Below are positions 61,710 to 64,000 of a stretch of DNA of 64,000 nt, piece by piece (the first letter of the stretch is position 1; each line of letters begins with the position of its first letter). A program made the position numbers and the translations under genes. Under the pieces are notes generated by a model that had not been told where the DNA came from, did not search any database, and worked only from the letters and a program-made list of their open reading frames with translations. Location of the stretch: positions 30,566,001 to 30,630,000 of the forward strand of contig NC_043020.1 in NCBI RefSeq assembly GCF_006345805.1, read 5' to 3'. The stretch comes from Octopus sinensis. Lineage: Eukaryota.

Positions 61710-61899
61710 TGATGATGATGATGATGATGATGATCTGAGATCCTTGTTGTGACTTGACAAACAGTACACCCACCCTCAGTAGACAACAACCTCATGATAT
61801 TGTATACTGTGCGGCGTCTATAATAATAATTCATAAAGATTGATGTAACTCTTCCTGAAGACAGACAATAAGAAGAGTGGAATACAATTTGTAAATAGA

Positions 61900-62215
61900 T
61901 TGTTGAACAGTTTGAATGAAATTCCAACAGATCACTGAAAGAGAGAGAAAGCAGCTCAGTACATAGACTGGTCAAGATGCTGCACTTGCAACCTCCCTCA
62001 GAGAAACAATTGGGGGCAACAGAAGCCACCACAAGTTTCCCCAGAATGCTGAGGTTACCACCCTTTGATCATAAAATGCAAGCCAACTGACCTGATCTCA
62101 TTGCGAAAAATCCTGTTAAAAAGACTTCTGATTGACATTGCTGCTCCAGCTGAGAAAAACACATCTCTGAAGAATGTTTGAATAAACTAAGCAAATATAT
62201 ATATACAAGAAACTC
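61900..62215 (+). mobile_element. R4/Dong-clade REL-domain fragment
   Basis: ...NAEVTTL*...PDLI.KNPVK.LLIDIAAPAEK...LNKLSKY resembles the LWD...PD...IDIA.P...KLSKY REL motif. Confidence 0.55.
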
Positions 62216-62289
62216 ACAGCAAGGCAAGTGCACAGCAGGAGAGCTCTTCAAAGGGACAACTCCCATCCAACAAGTGTTTCAGCCCTTAT

Positions 62290-64000
62290 ACCTCACACAC
62301 TATAGGGGCCGGCTTCACCCAAATCATGACTCCTAGGTGTCCTCCTGCTGCATTCCAAAATCCTGTCTCCAGCAGGATTTGAACCTGGGTCATTCCTTTG
62401 TTCCCAAGTCTGTGTTTCAACCCACCAGGCCACTCTAACTGATGAAGGGACCAGTTCTCTTCTTCCTTCTATTCCTGTAAATAACCAACAAGATCCATAA
62501 CTAGGTCCATTGGTCATTTCTCTTCATCCATATCCACATTGAGCTCTTTTCAACAACATCAGACAGGCATTTAATCACGGTAGTTCTTCTGCAGCCTTTG
62601 ATGCCCAGCTGCCTGAGTAGCCGACAAGTTGATGCAGTCACAAATTCACGTGATCCAACTTCAACTGGCTTCACAGTACATTGGTAACACTCAATCCCTA
62701 GCTGCTTTGCCAGTTCACCATATTTTCTCATCTCAAAGATGTGTTGCTCTTCTATGTGGCTCTTGTATGGTACTGACAATTCAATAAGAATCACTTTGGT
62801 ACCCTGTTCAGACCATAAGACGATGTCTGGTTGCAAGCCATTCTTGGTGACAAACTCTGGGTAGTTCTTGTGCTTCTCACTGATATCTGCAGCTATTTCC
62901 CAGGAATCTCATGTCCAAGTAGTCTCCCTCCTGCCACGATTTCATATCCAGTTATCTTCTTCACTTTGGTCCACTCCTTTCCTTCTTTGGTTACGAAGGA
63001 CACATTGGATTTGGTTGTGTCCCACTGCATTTGATTCCAGATTGAAGTGGTCAATTCTTCCAGCAATCTGTTGTGCTTCCATGTGTATCTGCCATCAGAA
63101 AGAGCAGTCTTGCAGGAACTCAGGACAGGGTCCATTGACTGCGGTTCGCTTGTCCTTGCACAGGGGTCATATTGACATGTTTTCCATACCCCACTTTACA
63201 AAGTTGGTGCTTGATGAAGGTCATAAGTTGCTCTTATTATGAAACTCAATCTGAGTGGTGCCATGTGCCACACATCATTCCATGTTAGAGATTTCTGCAT
63301 TGCAGCATCCCAGGTTGTCCATCACCCCCACTGAGACTGCCGGATGGCTTTCACATACCTCTTTCTTTCCTCTTCACTCCTAACCTCCTGAATTGCAAGA
63401 TCCCTTTGGACTTTGCCGCTTTTAACCGCCATTGCACCTTGGTATTGCCCAATCCTTGCCTTCCTCTCTCAGTGACATCCATCATCTCTTTTGCTCTTCA
63501 GATTCTTTTCAGCATCATCAGTTGCATCCATGACCCGACACTTCATTCCTGTCTTTAGGCTTGGCTGCACCCATCTAACCATCTAACCATCTTTGGGGTC
63601 TTTCAGCATAAACTGCAGTTTTGTTTTCCCCACCTTATACTCTTTGACTAAGGATTTGAGAGACAGTCTCAGTTTTGCCCTCTTGCAAGAAAGAGCAACC
63701 CCAGTCAGACTGGGGGGGGGGGGTACACCAAGCCATTTTCTTGTGTACCTATTTATTTTTGTCTCCATTGCTTCCACTGCCAAAGTTGCCATTTCATACA
63801 ATATTAGGGGTCATAGGGGCCATAGATATCAGCATATGCTGAAGACACCTTGTATTTGAATGCTTGTCAACTTTGAGTAGATGCTCCTCTACTGTCTTGG
63901 CCATTTCCTTGGAGTCTTTCAGGGTCTTGTCGTACCATCTGCCAAGACTTTTCACTGGCTGCTCCAATACAGTGGGAATCTTGTGGCCACCAACTTTGAA
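62290..64000 (-). mobile_element. HERO-like (REL-endonuclease) non-LTR retrotransposon, degraded, continues beyond the window
   Basis: Minus frames: YEMATLAVEAMETKINRYTRKWLGVP...SLVKEYKV; VLSSCKTALSDGRYTWKHNRLL; QPDIVLWSEQGTKVILIELSVPY...KY...VEVGSR...WIWMKRN. These are HERO-type RT-end, knuckle and PD-(D/E)xK motifs, with frameshifts. Confidence 0.85.

Noticed and set aside
62439-62470. CTGATGA on the plus strand as another hammerhead
   Set aside because: No helix II closed by GAAA follows; the core is incomplete.

Overview
AT-rich, microsatellite-dense animal genomic DNA. The SINE/LINE repertoire looks like an octopus or other coleoid cephalopod (inferred, not database-confirmed). One complete gene is supported: a 4-exon PXMP4 (peroxisomal membrane protein 4) orthologue on the minus strand (41251-27359, 204 aa, GT-AG introns). 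An apparent terminal coding exon of a second, unidentified minus-strand gene lies at 58701-58546. The rest is mostly decayed mobile DNA: several tRNA-headed SINE families, R4/Dong, RTE, L1/Tx1 and HERO-type LINE fragments, Penelope-like pieces, mariner/Tc1/maT relics, hAT- and pogo-like MITEs, and two minisatellites (28-bp and 21-bp units). Most ORFs in the supplied track are artefacts of simple repeats. The most interesting unexplained signals are: a minimal hammerhead-ribozyme core in a Penelope-like repeat (~1.83 kb); a cluster of ~10 RFX X-box-like 14-mers downstream of PXMP4; a CpG-rich 206-bp near-perfect palindrome and a three-copy hairpin-bearing repeat around the PXMP4 promoter; a perfect 131-bp inverted templated insertion inside a SINE; and a tRNA-like module in the 3' UTR of the HERO LINE.
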